From: Prorocentrum cordatum
Taxonomy: Eukaryota
Length of the DNA stretch: 56,660 nt
Direction: 5' to 3'
Assembly: GCA_963575745.1 (NCBI GenBank)
Contig: CAUYUJ010000075.1
Location: 62,001 to 118,660 of the forward strand
Below the pieces are notes generated by a model, which had not been told where the DNA came from, did not search any database, and saw nothing but the letters and a program-made list of their open reading frames with translations. The position numbers and the translations under genes are program-made. Below are positions 25,126 to 40,645 of the stretch, piece by piece (positions within the stretch are counted from its first letter, which is position 1; each line of letters begins with the position of its first letter).

Positions 25126-26232
25126 TGAACGTTGCCCTCTGACGGCCGCGGAGGCGACGGCGGCGGCTTCGCCGGTAGGCGCCCCTGGGAGCGCCGGCGA
25201 CGGGCGCGGCCCCGGAGGCGGCGACGGCCCGGGCGCGGGCGCCTCGAGGCGACGGGGGGGCGAGCTTAAGGGAGGGGCGGGTGGACGGGATCCTCCCCCC
25301 CCTGTGGGCCTCGACCTGCGGGAGCCAGCAGAGCTGGGCACCGGGCCCCCCGGAGGGCTTGGGGGGGCTCCCGCGCGGACCGCCCGCCCGCGGAGTGCCC
25401 AGTTGGCCGCGGCGCGCGCGCGGCTTGGGATCGCCGTGCATGGGGCTGCGGTGAAGGCGGGTGGGAGCGAGCGAGACAGCTTTTGGCGTTCCCGTTGGGA
25501 GCTTCACCCCGTCCCCCTCCCCCTCCCGTGGGTCTGGACGGGGGGGCGGAGCGGCGCGGTCAGGGGGGTCCGCTTACGCCCAATAGGGCTCCCAGATGCC
25601 CCAACATTGCATCAGAGGTGGCGCAATATCGTGCCAATTGGACCAACCAACATGGGGACCAACATGCCGCCAAAAAGTCGAACGATGCCTCCAAGAAGGC
25701 TCCAGAATGCTTCGAAGCCCCCCAAGGATGCCGCAAAGACGCCAAGATGTTTCGAACATCGGATGAAGTTCAATGCTTTGGACTTGCCATTTCGCTTCTG
25801 ATAGGCTTCTGCGGCCTCCGCATGGACCAAAGATCGCCCTGAAGAGCCCCGAGAGGGGCCCAGAAGGCTCCAAGAGGGTCTCGAAGACCGCCAAGAACGC
25901 TCCGAGAGAGCCGATGTCTCGGGCTGCAAAGGACGGGGGGAGTCTCATTGGCACCGCCCCTTTTTGTTGATCGATGCTCGCAACGATGGCCCAACCATGC
26001 CCCGCAGGGCCCCCACGAGAGCCCAACTGCTCCCCAACACGCCCCAAGGAAACATCAAACTTGCCACAAGAAACGAACACATGTTTGGTAGGCTCCTAGC
26101 TTATTCGCGCCTAACCCTGCAGGCCTTCGCTGTGCCCCTACGCTATGCCACACGAGCAATGACGGCATGGGAATGTTGAGGAAGGCTTGCCCCCTTCCTT
26201 GTTTCACCGCCCGGTCCTACGTCTGACTTTTC

Positions 26233-26267
<35 letters not shown>

Positions 26268-26638
26268 CTCGTCCTGCGCATCTGGAGAGAGCAAAAGGTA
26301 CCGATACCTCTACTCCCCGGACCTCTCCCGGGGGTCGTTCTGACGAATATTTCGAGGCGAATCCAGCCGTGGCGACGAGGGCCGCCCAGGAGGCCCAGAA
26401 AATAGGAAAACGAGCGGAGTGTAGAGGTATGTGTACCTTTTTCTATTCTGAGCATCATTATGCTCCTCTTCTACGGCGTCGTCCTCCTCCCCTTCTTCAT
26501 CCTCTAGTTCATGCCCTCGCCTCCTTCCGTGCTGTCACAAAGGTGCGCTGTGGGCCCAGGCCGTGCTCGGTGTTTCGAGGAAGCCCTGCTGGCCGGCTCC
26601 AGGATGCCTCCGACAAGGCCCCAGCGTCGATCCCCCAA

Positions 26639-26804
26639 GAGGGCCTGTTTCCACCACCACCACTATAAGTTGGACGGGGGAAGGAGGAGGAAGACGAAGA
26701 GGAGGACGAAGAGGAGGAGGAGGAGGAGGAGGAGGAGAAGGAGGACCACCTCCCCCTCCAACTTATGGTGGTGGTGGTGGTGGTGGTGGAAAACAGGCCC
26801 ATCA
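26639..26804. mobile_element. MITE family A copy
   Basis: GGGCCTGTTTCCACCACCACCACTATAAGTTGGA, a (GGA)n core, then TCCAACTTATGGTGG..GGAAAACAGGCCCATCA. Confidence 0.75.
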
Positions 26805-27756
26805 CCACGAGAGCGCCTCCGACTTCCACAGGAGGAACGGGAACGCGAGAGCGACGCGAGAGCGGCTCCCGAAGATGGCTGGTGCTGCTCACTGTTCCGC
26901 AGACTCTGATACTCGAGGCTCCGGCGTGTGCACGGGTGCCCGAACGCCTGTGAGTGGCCCCATCGCCGAGCGAGGCTAGTTTTTGAATTCAGAGAACTGG
27001 CTCTTGATTCGAATCACATTATTTTGAATTCAAATATTGGTTTCTGAATCCAAAAACAAGCTATCGAAAAACAAAACACACACACACACACCTCCGACCT
27101 CGTGGTGTCGCAGTGAGCTCCCCCCCTCCCCGTCCGCTCGTCCGCTCATCCTCCTCCTCCCTCCTCCCTCCTCCTCCCTCCCTCCTCCCTCCTCCCTCCT
27201 CCCTCCTCCCTCCTCCTCCCTCCTCCCTCCTCCCTCCTCCCTCCTCCCTCCTCCCTCCTCTCCTCCCTCCTCCCTCCTCCCTCCTCCCTCCTCCCTCCTC
27301 CCTCCTCCCTCCTCCCTCCTCCTCCTCCTCTCCTCCTCTCCTCCTCCTCCTCCCTCCTCCCTCCTCCCTCCTCCCTCCTCCCTCCTCCCTCCTCCCCCTC
27401 CCTCCTCCCTCCTCCCTCCTCCCTCCCCTCCCTCCCTCCTCCTCCTCCTCCTCCTCCTCCTCCTCCTCCTCTCCTCCTCCTCCTCCTCCTCCTCCTCCTC
27501 CTCCTCCTCCCCCTCCCCTCCCCTCCCTCCTCCTCCTCCTCCTCCTCCTCCTCCTCCTCCTCCTCCTTCCCCTCCTCCTCCTCATCATCATCCTCCTCCC
27601 TCCTCCTCCTCCCCTCATCCGCCCCAAACTTCGAGTCGAGCCGGGCCGTGGCGACGTGGGAGCCCCGGGGGGCCCAAAGAGGCGACGACGACCACGACCA
27701 CGCCGCCGAGCACGACCACGACGACAACGACCACGGCAACGACCACGACGACGACC

Positions 27757-27792
<36 letters not shown>

Positions 27793-29023
27793 CCCGCGGC
27801 ACTCCTGGCAAGACGAATCGGCGGACGCGGCGGCGTCGCGCATCAGGCCGCTGAGCGCCGGGTGCTGCACGCACGCGGCGAGGCCGGAGCGGGTGTTCTG
27901 GCTCCTCTCCAGGCCACGCGCAAGCGTGACCCTATAATAGGTAACTATCGGTGGCCCCCAAGACCGCGTGATGCCGGACCGTGCGGTGTTTTGCCCCGAA
28001 GGCAATCAAGAATAGCAGATCGAGAAATCCGCGCTCTTCAGGGGGGATATCCCACACGCGTGATATACGGACAAGCGAGCCAAACGAGACGCGTGCATTG
28101 CAAGTCGAGGGAAAACAACGCATCGCGATGGGAAGAACTCAGTGGCAATCTGAGCGGTCGCAGCTGGGACCAATCAGAGCGACCAACAAACTGTGACGGA
28201 CCGTGCGGTAACCTCGAAATCTCGAAAGACCTCAGAGCACGGACCGTCACCATACAGGCTTGTGACCCTGGAGGCCCCAGTCGCCCGAGACATCCTTGGA
28301 GAAGGGCCCAAGTCCCAAAACCGTACGATGTCCCCGAATCCACACTGACTCACCACACGGTGAACGGTGTGGTCACCACACTGCTTGGGGGCCTCCGAGA
28401 AGCAAAGAAGGGGACAAAATCGGACCGGATAAATCGAGGATCTGTAAAATCTGGCAAATCTATGGATGTCTCGGACGCCGCGGCCGTTCCGGAGCGCTCG
28501 GGAACGCTCTGAAAGCGTTCCGGAAGGAGGAGGAGGAGGAGGAGGAGGAGGAGGAGGAGGAGGAGGAGGAGGAGGAGGAGGAGGGAGGAGGAGGAGGAGG
28601 AGGAGGAGGAGGAGGAGGAGGCGGGAGGAGGGGGGAGGAGGGAGGGCCCTAAGCCCCGCCCGACCTGGGCAAGAGTGGCCCGCGGTGCGCGGCCGGAGGG
28701 CCCTCTGGGGAGCCGCGGGGGCGGGGCGGGGGCAGGTCCAGGCGCGAAGGCCAGTGCTGGGGCAGCCTGCGTGGTGGCCCGCACCACTGGTCACTCCAGC
28801 GAGGGGTGTGGTGAGGCCACCCGGGGCCATGCTCCGAGTTTTTGGATGCGGTTGCCCAGTCAGCATGGTGATGACAGCAACTTCGATTCGCAACCTTCCC
28901 CGTGGATTATAAAGTTCGGCCTCCGCGCCCCTCTCCACAATTAAATCCTAGTGGACTGGAGTAAAAAATAGGAGGGGGAAAAGGGGGGGTAGGCTTTATT
29001 ATCGCCCGCACTCGGTTACGCTA

Positions 29024-29242
29024 CTCCAAATCCCTTATTAATCGTCCCCCGGGTCTGATTTTTTTAAGCGCCTATTTTTGTGACTGTGGGGTCCCGTTTA
29101 TTAGGGCGCTCTCTTTGGATTGGAACTTAGGGGGTCCGGTTTATCAAGGCGCCCCATTGAAGAGGGCGGTCCGGAATATGAGGTCGCATTTGGAGGGGGG
29201 TCCGGTTTTTTAGGGGTGGGTCGATTAATAAGGGATTTGGAG
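29024..29242. mobile_element. Tc1/mariner (Stowaway-like) MITE with TA TSD
   Basis: TA|CTCCAAATCCCTTATTAATCG ... CGATTAATAAGGGATTTGGAG|TA; the inverted match is perfect. Confidence 0.85.
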
Positions 29243-30199
29243 TAGGTTCGCGCGGCGTCGGCGCACGCAGAGGTTTGTGACACCGCGTCAATCGTTCAAC
29301 CTTGAATCGATCGCGGTCCCGACCGTTCAAGGTTGAAATCAGTCGGGTCCAATGGCGTCACCGTGTACATCGATGCTTCCGCGTCGCGAAATGCAACCTT
29401 GAACGCCTTCGCCGGCGGCGCTGGCGCGCCAACGCCGCACGGACCTGCCGTATGAGCCCAGAGAGGGCCGAAAAGGTACGGCGAGTTCGCGTCGTGTCGA
29501 CCCTTGCGTTGGTTCCTGATTCCCCATATTTACTTGTATTTTCTGGGTTCTCGTCTTCCCCCCCACTTCCCATATTTTCCCATCTTTTCTGAGGAATCGA
29601 CGGTTAATTGTGTCTGTGTTTTTTCCCCTCCTGAAGATTGGGATGCTGGGGGGGAGGGCGGCACGGCTCCTCGCATCAGGACTCTGGACTCTGGACAGAG
29701 CCAGAAAGGGAGGCGACGAGGTCCGAGACTCGCGGTCTCGGAACGTTCCTTTCCCCTTGTTGGGCAGCTGAGGCCTCCAGGATTAAGTCGGGCCTGTCCC
29801 TCTACAGGAGGAATACTCCAAAATAGTCAAAAAATGGTATGGGGAGTATTTTTTGACCATTTTAAATGTTTTAAATATTTTTTGTTTACTAGTTTAAACT
29901 GTCGTCCAAAATCCCCCTGCAGGGGGACAGGCCCGACTGAACTCCAGAAGTCAGCGTCGCCCTGATGACTATGTTAGACGGGGACTCCGATCCACGCACG
30001 GAGACGGCGTCATCCCTGCCACTTTCCTGCTTCATCCCGCGCGGCAATGGCGGTGTCCCACCCGCTCTTTTCCGCATCCCTGTGCGTTGCCGAAGCAAAC
30101 CCACCATGCTACCAGAAGGCACCCTGAACAGAGAGCACGAGTCAGCTTTATGGCAGCAGCGGGCCTCAGCCACGACTAGGTTCCCCGACCTGAATATAA

Positions 30200-31830
30200 A
30201 GAACAAACAAAACACCGGCAGATGGCTGGAAGATGTTGCGGGCGGCGGCAGCTGGAGCGCAGTTGCAATACTTACGCAAACAACAGGCAACCAAGCACGC
30301 AGACATCAAAAGACCAGACGGAACCTTACCAGACACAGCGGAATTACCAGACATCATGGCAGACTTTCTCGAATCAACTCAATAGCAACATCGACACCCT
30401 AACCTCCAGCCAAACCGTGACATTCCGATCGCGGACGTGTCGCCCATCAGCCCGGACAAGTTCAGCATGGAGGAATTGATGGAAATTCTGAATCAATTGA
30501 AACATAGAAAAATCAGCAGAGCCCGACGACGTACCATCAGACTTTCGCAACATTCGCATGTACGATACATTACTACGGTTTTGTCAGCAATGCTGGAGCA
30601 GGAAATCGATCCCGGAATCTTGAAGAAGAGCAAACGTTGTACTTGTGTTAAAGTGGAAACACGGGCCTACAAGATAATTAACTACAGGCCCTATCTCGTC
30701 GCTTTCGATTGGTTGCAAAATACTGGCGACGCTGATTCATCAGTGCTTGATTCGCATAGGATCAGAGAAGCGCATGAGAGGCTATAGTTTCCGACCTCGG
30801 CGTGGCATTGGGGACGACCTCGTGCTCGTGAGAAGCATGATTGGTATTGCACACAAGAAGAATGATGGTATAATGCGGCTGATGCTGGACTTAGCCAAAA
30901 CTTTTGATCGAGTAAATCCTGCTTCCATGTGCAAAGCACTGCGAAGATTCGGGCTCCCTCCCGAAATGGTGGAAATGGTGCGATCCACTTATGCGACCCG
31001 TTTTTCATTGCAACTTCGGACCACACTGGAACTGCATCGGAAAGACAACAGAGCGCTAGGATCGCACAAGGGTGTCCGCTATCCGGGTATCTTCTCATAG
31101 CAGTCCAAAGGATCATGTTGCACGATGCGACTGATGCACCACATCTTCAGTGGTCACGCGGGACGTGCTGTACGCAGACGACACAGTACAGGCCTCCCAG
31201 CACGAAGCAAAACTCCAGAAGATGCTGAATGCTATCGTGGAAGAAGTGCGATACGGTTTGGACTTGAACTGGGACAAGACGGTGCCGATGCAGGTGTCCA
31301 CGAACAAGAAAATCACGAATTCAGGTGGAGACGACATCAAGACAGTTTGGGACGACTTCAACCAAATTGTCCAGAAGGTTGGGGGAAGCGAGCAGGACGT
31401 TCAAACAATTGGACTAAAGATGGGCTAAATCTTCCCTTGGGTGAACGCGGAAATACAGGATCTACGACAGCGCCGTCTTGAGCAAGCTGCTTTGCTCATT
31501 GGATTCTCTCTGGCTCCTTAAAGCTGATCGTGCTCGTCTGGACTCGTGTCATTGCAGGTGTGTTCGACGACTTTTGGGCATTCCATCTTCGTAAATATCT
31601 AGCTTAGAATGCGCAACGACATTGTTGTGGAGAAGGCCTCAACGAAACTGTCATCGCACACATGGCTCTGCACACAAAAGCGAACGTACCATAACATCGC
31701 AAATCACAGTGCGACCTCGTTTGTGAAACCTGTGCTTCTCAACGCAGACGGGTGACCTAGACCGTGGGCCGTCCGCCGCACGCAAGGACGTCCGCGCCAA
31801 CAGAGGGCATCCGAAGTGAGTCGGCTTATA
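30200..31830 (+). mobile_element. Decayed LINE reverse transcriptase (pseudogene)
   Basis: RT motifs in order across frameshifts: FSMEEL, GPDDVP, NYRP/PISSLS, SFRPRRG, LMLDLAKTFDRV, IAQGCPLS, LYADD, LDLNWDKT, then post-RT RIYDSAVLSKLL and QGRPRQQ. Confidence 0.9.
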
Positions 31831-32199
31831 CAGCACGGGTAATGCCGGCCTCCGCGCTTCAGTCCATCGCGCTCCCCTCCCTCCCCCTTGCCCTCTTTTC
31901 CCCTCCCTCCACAATTACTCAATACGAATACTACTCTCCCTCTTCCCCTGATGACGTCTTTTGCGTATTCTCCCCCCCCCGCGTACTGTTTTTTACACAC
32001 ACGATTCCCCGGAGCTGGGTTTTCGCCTGCGTTTTTTTCAAAATGCTGCTCTCGCTGGGGCGCCGGCCTCATTTCTGCTCCCGAATCGTTCCGAATCGTG
32101 CTCCCGCTGCAGCGTGGGCCTCATTTTCGGATCGGTGTTTGGCCTCCGTCGTTCAGGATGGCGTTCTCGCCCCAGCGCGGGCCTCTTTCTCGCGCGCCC

Positions 32200-34910
<2,711 letters not shown>

Positions 34911-35356
34911 CGGGGGGAGGCGCGGGGAAGTTGAAGGAGCGTTCACTTTCGCATGTCGCGCGTCGCGTCATCGAATAGGCCACGCAACTCCAGAGCCTGC
35001 AGCAGGGCGCCCGGAGCCGGGCGGATCGGGTCAAGATAAAAGATATTCGATCGCTCTCGCTATCGCACGGGAGGAGCTGAGGAGGCCCTGTACAGGGCCC
35101 CGAAATTTGGCCGAGCCCCAACTAGCCACAACGGGAGTGGGCAGGCTTGCGCGCAAGTCTTGCGCATCGGGTGCGGTGGCCGGCCAAAGCAGTCCTCGTG
35201 TTAGGCGGATCTGGTAAGAGGAGGCGGGATGGGGTGAAATCGGAATGCTTCAAACCACTGCGAAAGGGAAAGGGAATAACAGACCGGGCCGCCAGACCGG
35301 GGACGCTCTCGGCACAACAAAAACGAGCGATCGAATTCACGAGATCTCTCACTTAC

Positions 35357-35561
35357 TCACTTGAGCAGGTGCTTGGTCGCCGTGGTGCTGCCACTGCTGG
35401 TGCTGCTGCCCCCGACGCTGCGGCGTTTCGGATCAGGCTGCTCGGCCTCGGCCGCGCTGCCGGCGCCGCCCGCCTGGGCAGAGAAGGAAGGGGGGGCCCG
35501 GGGAGGAGGGGAGGTTAATTTAATGGGGGAGGCCTCGGATACGGATCAGAGTTCGGATCTA

Positions 35562-35624
<63 letters not shown>

Positions 35625-38600
35625 ATCTACTCCCTCCCCAGGCCCTGGCCCTCCTCTCCATCGCGCCCCCCACTCGTCGTCTACGTCTAGGTGAACCCGG
35701 CCGTGGCGACGAGGGCGCGACGACACCCTTTGGGCCCCCTAGGAGGCCCCCCCAAAACACCCTCCTTCCCGCCCGCCTCTGCCTCTTCTCCTGCTGGATA
35801 AACTTTTCGACCATGGCGACGTTTTGCTCGCCCTCGACCATGCTCCTCCCGATCCCCCCGACGTAGCCCTCAAACCACTCCGTGCTCAGGTCCGCTGCGG
35901 GCTCCACAGGAATCTCAGAGCCGTCGTCGTCGCTGACACTCGCATCGCATGTCGCGGTCGGGGGGCCCGTGGGGGTATACCGGGTACTCGGGGCCTGTTG
36001 CTCGTTGATAAATTGATCAACCATGGCGACGTTTTCTTCGCCCTCGACCATGTTCCTCCCGATCCCCCCGACATAACCTTTAAGCCACTCCGTGCTCGGC
36101 TCCACTACATCAAACATGGAGCCGTCGTCGTCGTCGTTAAGTGGCGACCCCACCTACAGAGGGGGCGCGAGGAAGGAGTGGGGGGCCCCGCCTCCTCCTC
36201 CTCCTCCTCCTCCTCCTCCTCCCTCCCTCCGCCGGCTCCTGGTACCCCTCCTCCCTTCTCATTCCTCCCAACTCCTTCCTTTGCCTTCTCCTCCTCCTCC
36301 TCCTCCTCCTCCTCCTCCTCCTCCCCCTCCTCCTCCTCCTCATCCTCCTCATCCTCCTCCTCCTCCTCCTCCGGCCTGCCTCCGCAGCCAGCCGCTTCTT
36401 GCGCGTGGCCATGGCTGCGCTGGCGCCCACCTTCTTGTTCGCGTCGGCGGAGGCCCCCGCAGCAGCCGCCCCCTGCTGTGCCCTCGCCCTGCGCTTCGCC
36501 TCCAGCTCAACGTTGGTGTGGAACCGCTTCAGCACAGCGAACTCCGCGCCATCCGGGGCCCCTGGGATGACGTTCTGAGGGATCATCAGGTAATGCACTT
36601 CCAAGGAGATCTTCACGAATGCATGCGTGAAGTTATCCATGAGCTCGGGGTTCTCAGTGTGGACAAAGCCTCTGACAACATGTTTTCTCCCCCGCTCTCC
36701 CCGACCCCCAGGGCGGTGGAACCATGAGGCAGGGGATGGGGCCATCGAGGGTGGAGGGAGGAAGGAACACGGATGAGGGATGGGAGATGGGGTGGAGGAT
36801 TTGAATCAGGGCTCACCCACTCATGGGCCACCTCCCTCGCCGCCCCCTCCCCTCCTTTATTTTCCTCTCCCTTTTCATCCTGCCTCCTTCCTCCCACCCC
36901 CCACCTCGACCCTCCTCCTCGGACTCGTCCTCCTCCCTTTTCCCTTCATCCTCGCGGGCCTGTGCGGTCCAGCCAGAGCTCGATGAGCTCCGAGTTGACC
37001 TTGGCGTGGCTGTCCGTCTCCTTGTCGGTCACCGCCGCGCTCCAGGCAGGCACGCACACGTCCGACGAGGACGTCATGACCGACGCGCCCGTGATGAAGT
37101 ACTCCACGCCGTCGAACAAGGTGCACGCCGGGAAGAAGTGCTTGTTATTGGTCGGCTTGGCCATCGTGACTGGCCCGATGAAGTATACCTTCATCACAGG
37201 GTTGTCACCGACTTTGCACAGCAAGGCCGGGTTCGGCCTCGTGACGTCCACCGCCAGGTAGCCCTTGTAGCTTTCAGATGTGCGGGGGAAGAGGCTCCAC
37301 ACGACCGCGTTCAGGTTAGCTTCGACCAACTTCAGAAAGACCGCGTCGACGTTGATCCCCAACCGCTTCGCCATCTCAGACTCCTTGATGCCGGCCTCGG
37401 CCATGCCGTGCTCCCAGAGCTCCTTGATGGTCATCTGCGGCTTCGCGGGCACCTGCTTCTCGATGCTCTGGCCCTGCGGGATCGCTGCCACCGGCTCCGC
37501 CAAGCTAGCCAGATGCTTGCGACCCTCGTCGCTCAGCTCGTGTTTGAGGCGCCTCGCGGAGAGCGGCAAGTCCGCGTTGACTACCTGGGCGGCGCACTGC
37601 CCCACAGCGTAACCACGGGCCAGCTTGCGCCATAGGCCCGTCCAGTCCGTAACACCGCGCAGCAACATGTCCACCTCGCAAATGACATGAATTTCGGTTG
37701 GCTGCGCGCCGCGCATGGTTGCCATGATCCGAATGTGGTCGAGCTCGCTGCCGTTATCGTCCTCGTAGAGCTTTGTGTCAGGGAGGGTCTTCATCACGTT
37801 CTCGATGGAGTCGTGTAAGAGAGACCAAGCGTACTTGGTGCGCAAGCTGATGAAGGTATCGATCTGCGACGCCGAATCGAACACCTGCGCCCAAGCGTCT
37901 GGAAGAGTGCAAGTGGCCTGCACGTGCTTGGCCAGGTTGAGGAGCTGAGTCATCACGTCGCAAGAGCACTGCGTGTGCTCGGACAGCATCTCGTAGATGT
38001 AGTGAATCATGTTGTTCAAGAGGACCTTTCCCTCGGTGGACTCCTTCAGCATGTCGTCGACAACGTGGAGGAGCATATTGGAGTAGACGGGGTGCAAGCG
38101 CACGTCCACGAGCGTCTCCACCTTGTTATTCACCTTGTACTCGGAGATCTGCATCGGCATCCCCGGGCTCGCCACAAGGGCTTCCTCCAACCCCACCTGC
38201 CCGCCCGTGGCCACGGAAGAGTTGCTCATCTCCTCGAGGAGAGCAGCGGCGTCGAACATGTTCGATTGGCCCGAGCTGGCGACCGTCAGCGAAGCGGTGA
38301 GGCACTTGATGATGGCCGCCTGAACGGCCCTGCGCTGCACCGACCACGAATCCATCTGCTTCCCATCAAACGTGATCTTGGACATCCAGCCGAACTCCAG
38401 GCACACGTGAGCGTGGTCGGACTTGATCTTCAGGAAACTGTTATCGACGTTCGCCTTGGATTCCTCGGAGGGCGAACGAACTCACAGCACTCTCCTTCCT
38501 CTTTTCCCAATAGTCCTCCGCTGTCCACTGTCCTCATCCTCATCATCCTCAGCCGTTACCTCCCCCTCCTCTCCCTCTTCCTCCTCCTCCTCCTCCTCTT

Positions 38601-40106
38601 CCCTCCTCCTCCTCCTCCTCCTCTTCCTCCTCCTCCTCCTCCTCCTCCTCCGCTCCCACCTCCCCACCGCCCTCCCTTTCTCTCCATCATCTCCCCCTTA
38701 TTGGACCCCGCCCTGCCCTATCCTGTCCTCCTCCTGCCGGGGTTGGGCTGGGTGACGCGCGCGCCCCCCGGGTCCGCGCTCAGCGCAGTGTAGCAGACAA
38801 GCTTCTTGAACTGATCGAACGTCCAATTGATGCCCCCGATGATGTCGTCACCCCACCAACGCTCGCGCGATGGCAGCGCGACATGACCATCCGCACCATC
38901 CGCCACCGAGGCAGAGGCCCCGGACACGAGCAGCTCGAAGCCCTCGACGGCGCCCAGGCTTTCCACGCCAGTTGGGAGTGGCGCGGCGGCGGGTGCAGCC
39001 GCCCCTGCCTTGGCTTTGGCCTTTTTCATCGCACTCTTCTTCGGGGGGGCCTCCTTGGCCTTATTCGCGGCCTTGTACACCTTGCTCTTCTGTCCGATCG
39101 GGAACTTCAAGAACTCGATTTTCTCTTGCGCCGCAGAGTTGAACCGATCGAATATCCATACGGGCGCGCGCTCCCCGGGAACCTCCGACAAAGGGACCAT
39201 GAATTTCATGGATTCCTTCACCAGCACAGCGATGTCCTCCTTCGCCATGTAGCCATCGAACTTGTTGGCGATGAAACTCGTGGCCTGGCGGGGGCACTGC
39301 CCCTCTCTCCCATCCGCCGAGCCTGGGCCCCGCAAGCGAACAAACCGAGCACTGGCCCCCTGGGGGGCCACCCGGCCCGGGCCCCCAACCCGATGGGCCC
39401 CTCGAGCCCCAGGGCTCGAGAACACAGAGTTCACCGAGGTCCCGAAGTTTTGCGACCCGCGGCGAGCGAACGAACGAACCGAATCGAAGAACCGTCGGCG
39501 GGCCCAAGCGCATGGGGAGGGGAGGGGGGCCCCCGAGCCCCGTCGGGCCATGTACATCAGGCTGATCACGTTGTCCGTGGAAAGGCGCTGGTTCATGAAC
39601 TCGCAGCGGGCCCCGAAATATTCGAACAGCTCCTGGGTGATGCCCAGCTTGCCCCACCAGTTCAACAGCGTGCTGCACTGCTCGTACTGGTTATTGCTGC
39701 GCAGCTTCCCGGCGAAGTGCGAGTTGACGAAAGCCCAGACCTTTGCGGTGTAGCCCGGGCTGCGTGTGTTCAGATTGGGGAGGTGCATCACTTTCCAAGC
39801 TTCCCACGCTGCCTGCGGGGGGGAGGGGGGAGGGGAGTGAGGGAGTAAGGGGGGGGGAAAGGAGGGGGCTCCCAGGAAAGGATGAGGAGGTCCCTCTCCC
39901 CGCTCGCGCACGCCGCAGGTCGAAGCCCCGAGCGCGCGCTCCAGCGAGCACGCAGGCGCGGCCGGCCGATTCTTCGGAGCAGGAGCGGGGGGAATTTGTT
40001 TGATCAGAGAAGGGCGGAGGGAGAGAGGTCCACCCCAGACTTAATACGGGGGCGCTCCGAGGCAAGAGAAGGGGAGAGGCTCGAGGGAGAGGGAAAGAGA
40101 GAGAGA

Positions 40107-40161
<55 letters not shown>

Positions 40162-40614
40162 AGTGAGAGAGCGGAGAGTGATTGCGATGGGACCCGCCTC
40201 CATCTCCGGGATTTCCTTGAAAAGCTCCAGGAATGAATAGGAGCTCCCTTTATGGAATTGGTTATGGTAGTCCTTCAGATGCGATCGCACCCAGACGGGC
40301 GTCCTGCACGTCAGCAGCCGCACGTTCGGCACGCCATTCATAAGCACCTGGGCTCGGGGCTTCGTTGGGAGAGACCACAGAGACCACCATTATCTTTCCC
40401 TCCCAGTCCCTCCCTCCCTTCCTCGTCCACCGCCCCACTCCCCACTCCCCCGCCCTCCTCCATGCCCTCCCCTGTTTCCCCTGCCTTTTTGCGCGCCCTC
40501 TCCGGGGCCACGGGTACTGAACGACGGAACGAATGTCAGAGTGTGGAGGCCGAACGGTCTTACAGTGTCCTTGGGTGCGTGGCAGCCGATCGGCGGTGAG
40601 AATTATGATTATTG

Positions 40615-40645
<31 letters not shown>

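Noticed and set aside
24425..28512. Long poly-S/P/L/E ORFs
   Set aside because: (CCT)n and (GAC)n microsatellite read-through.
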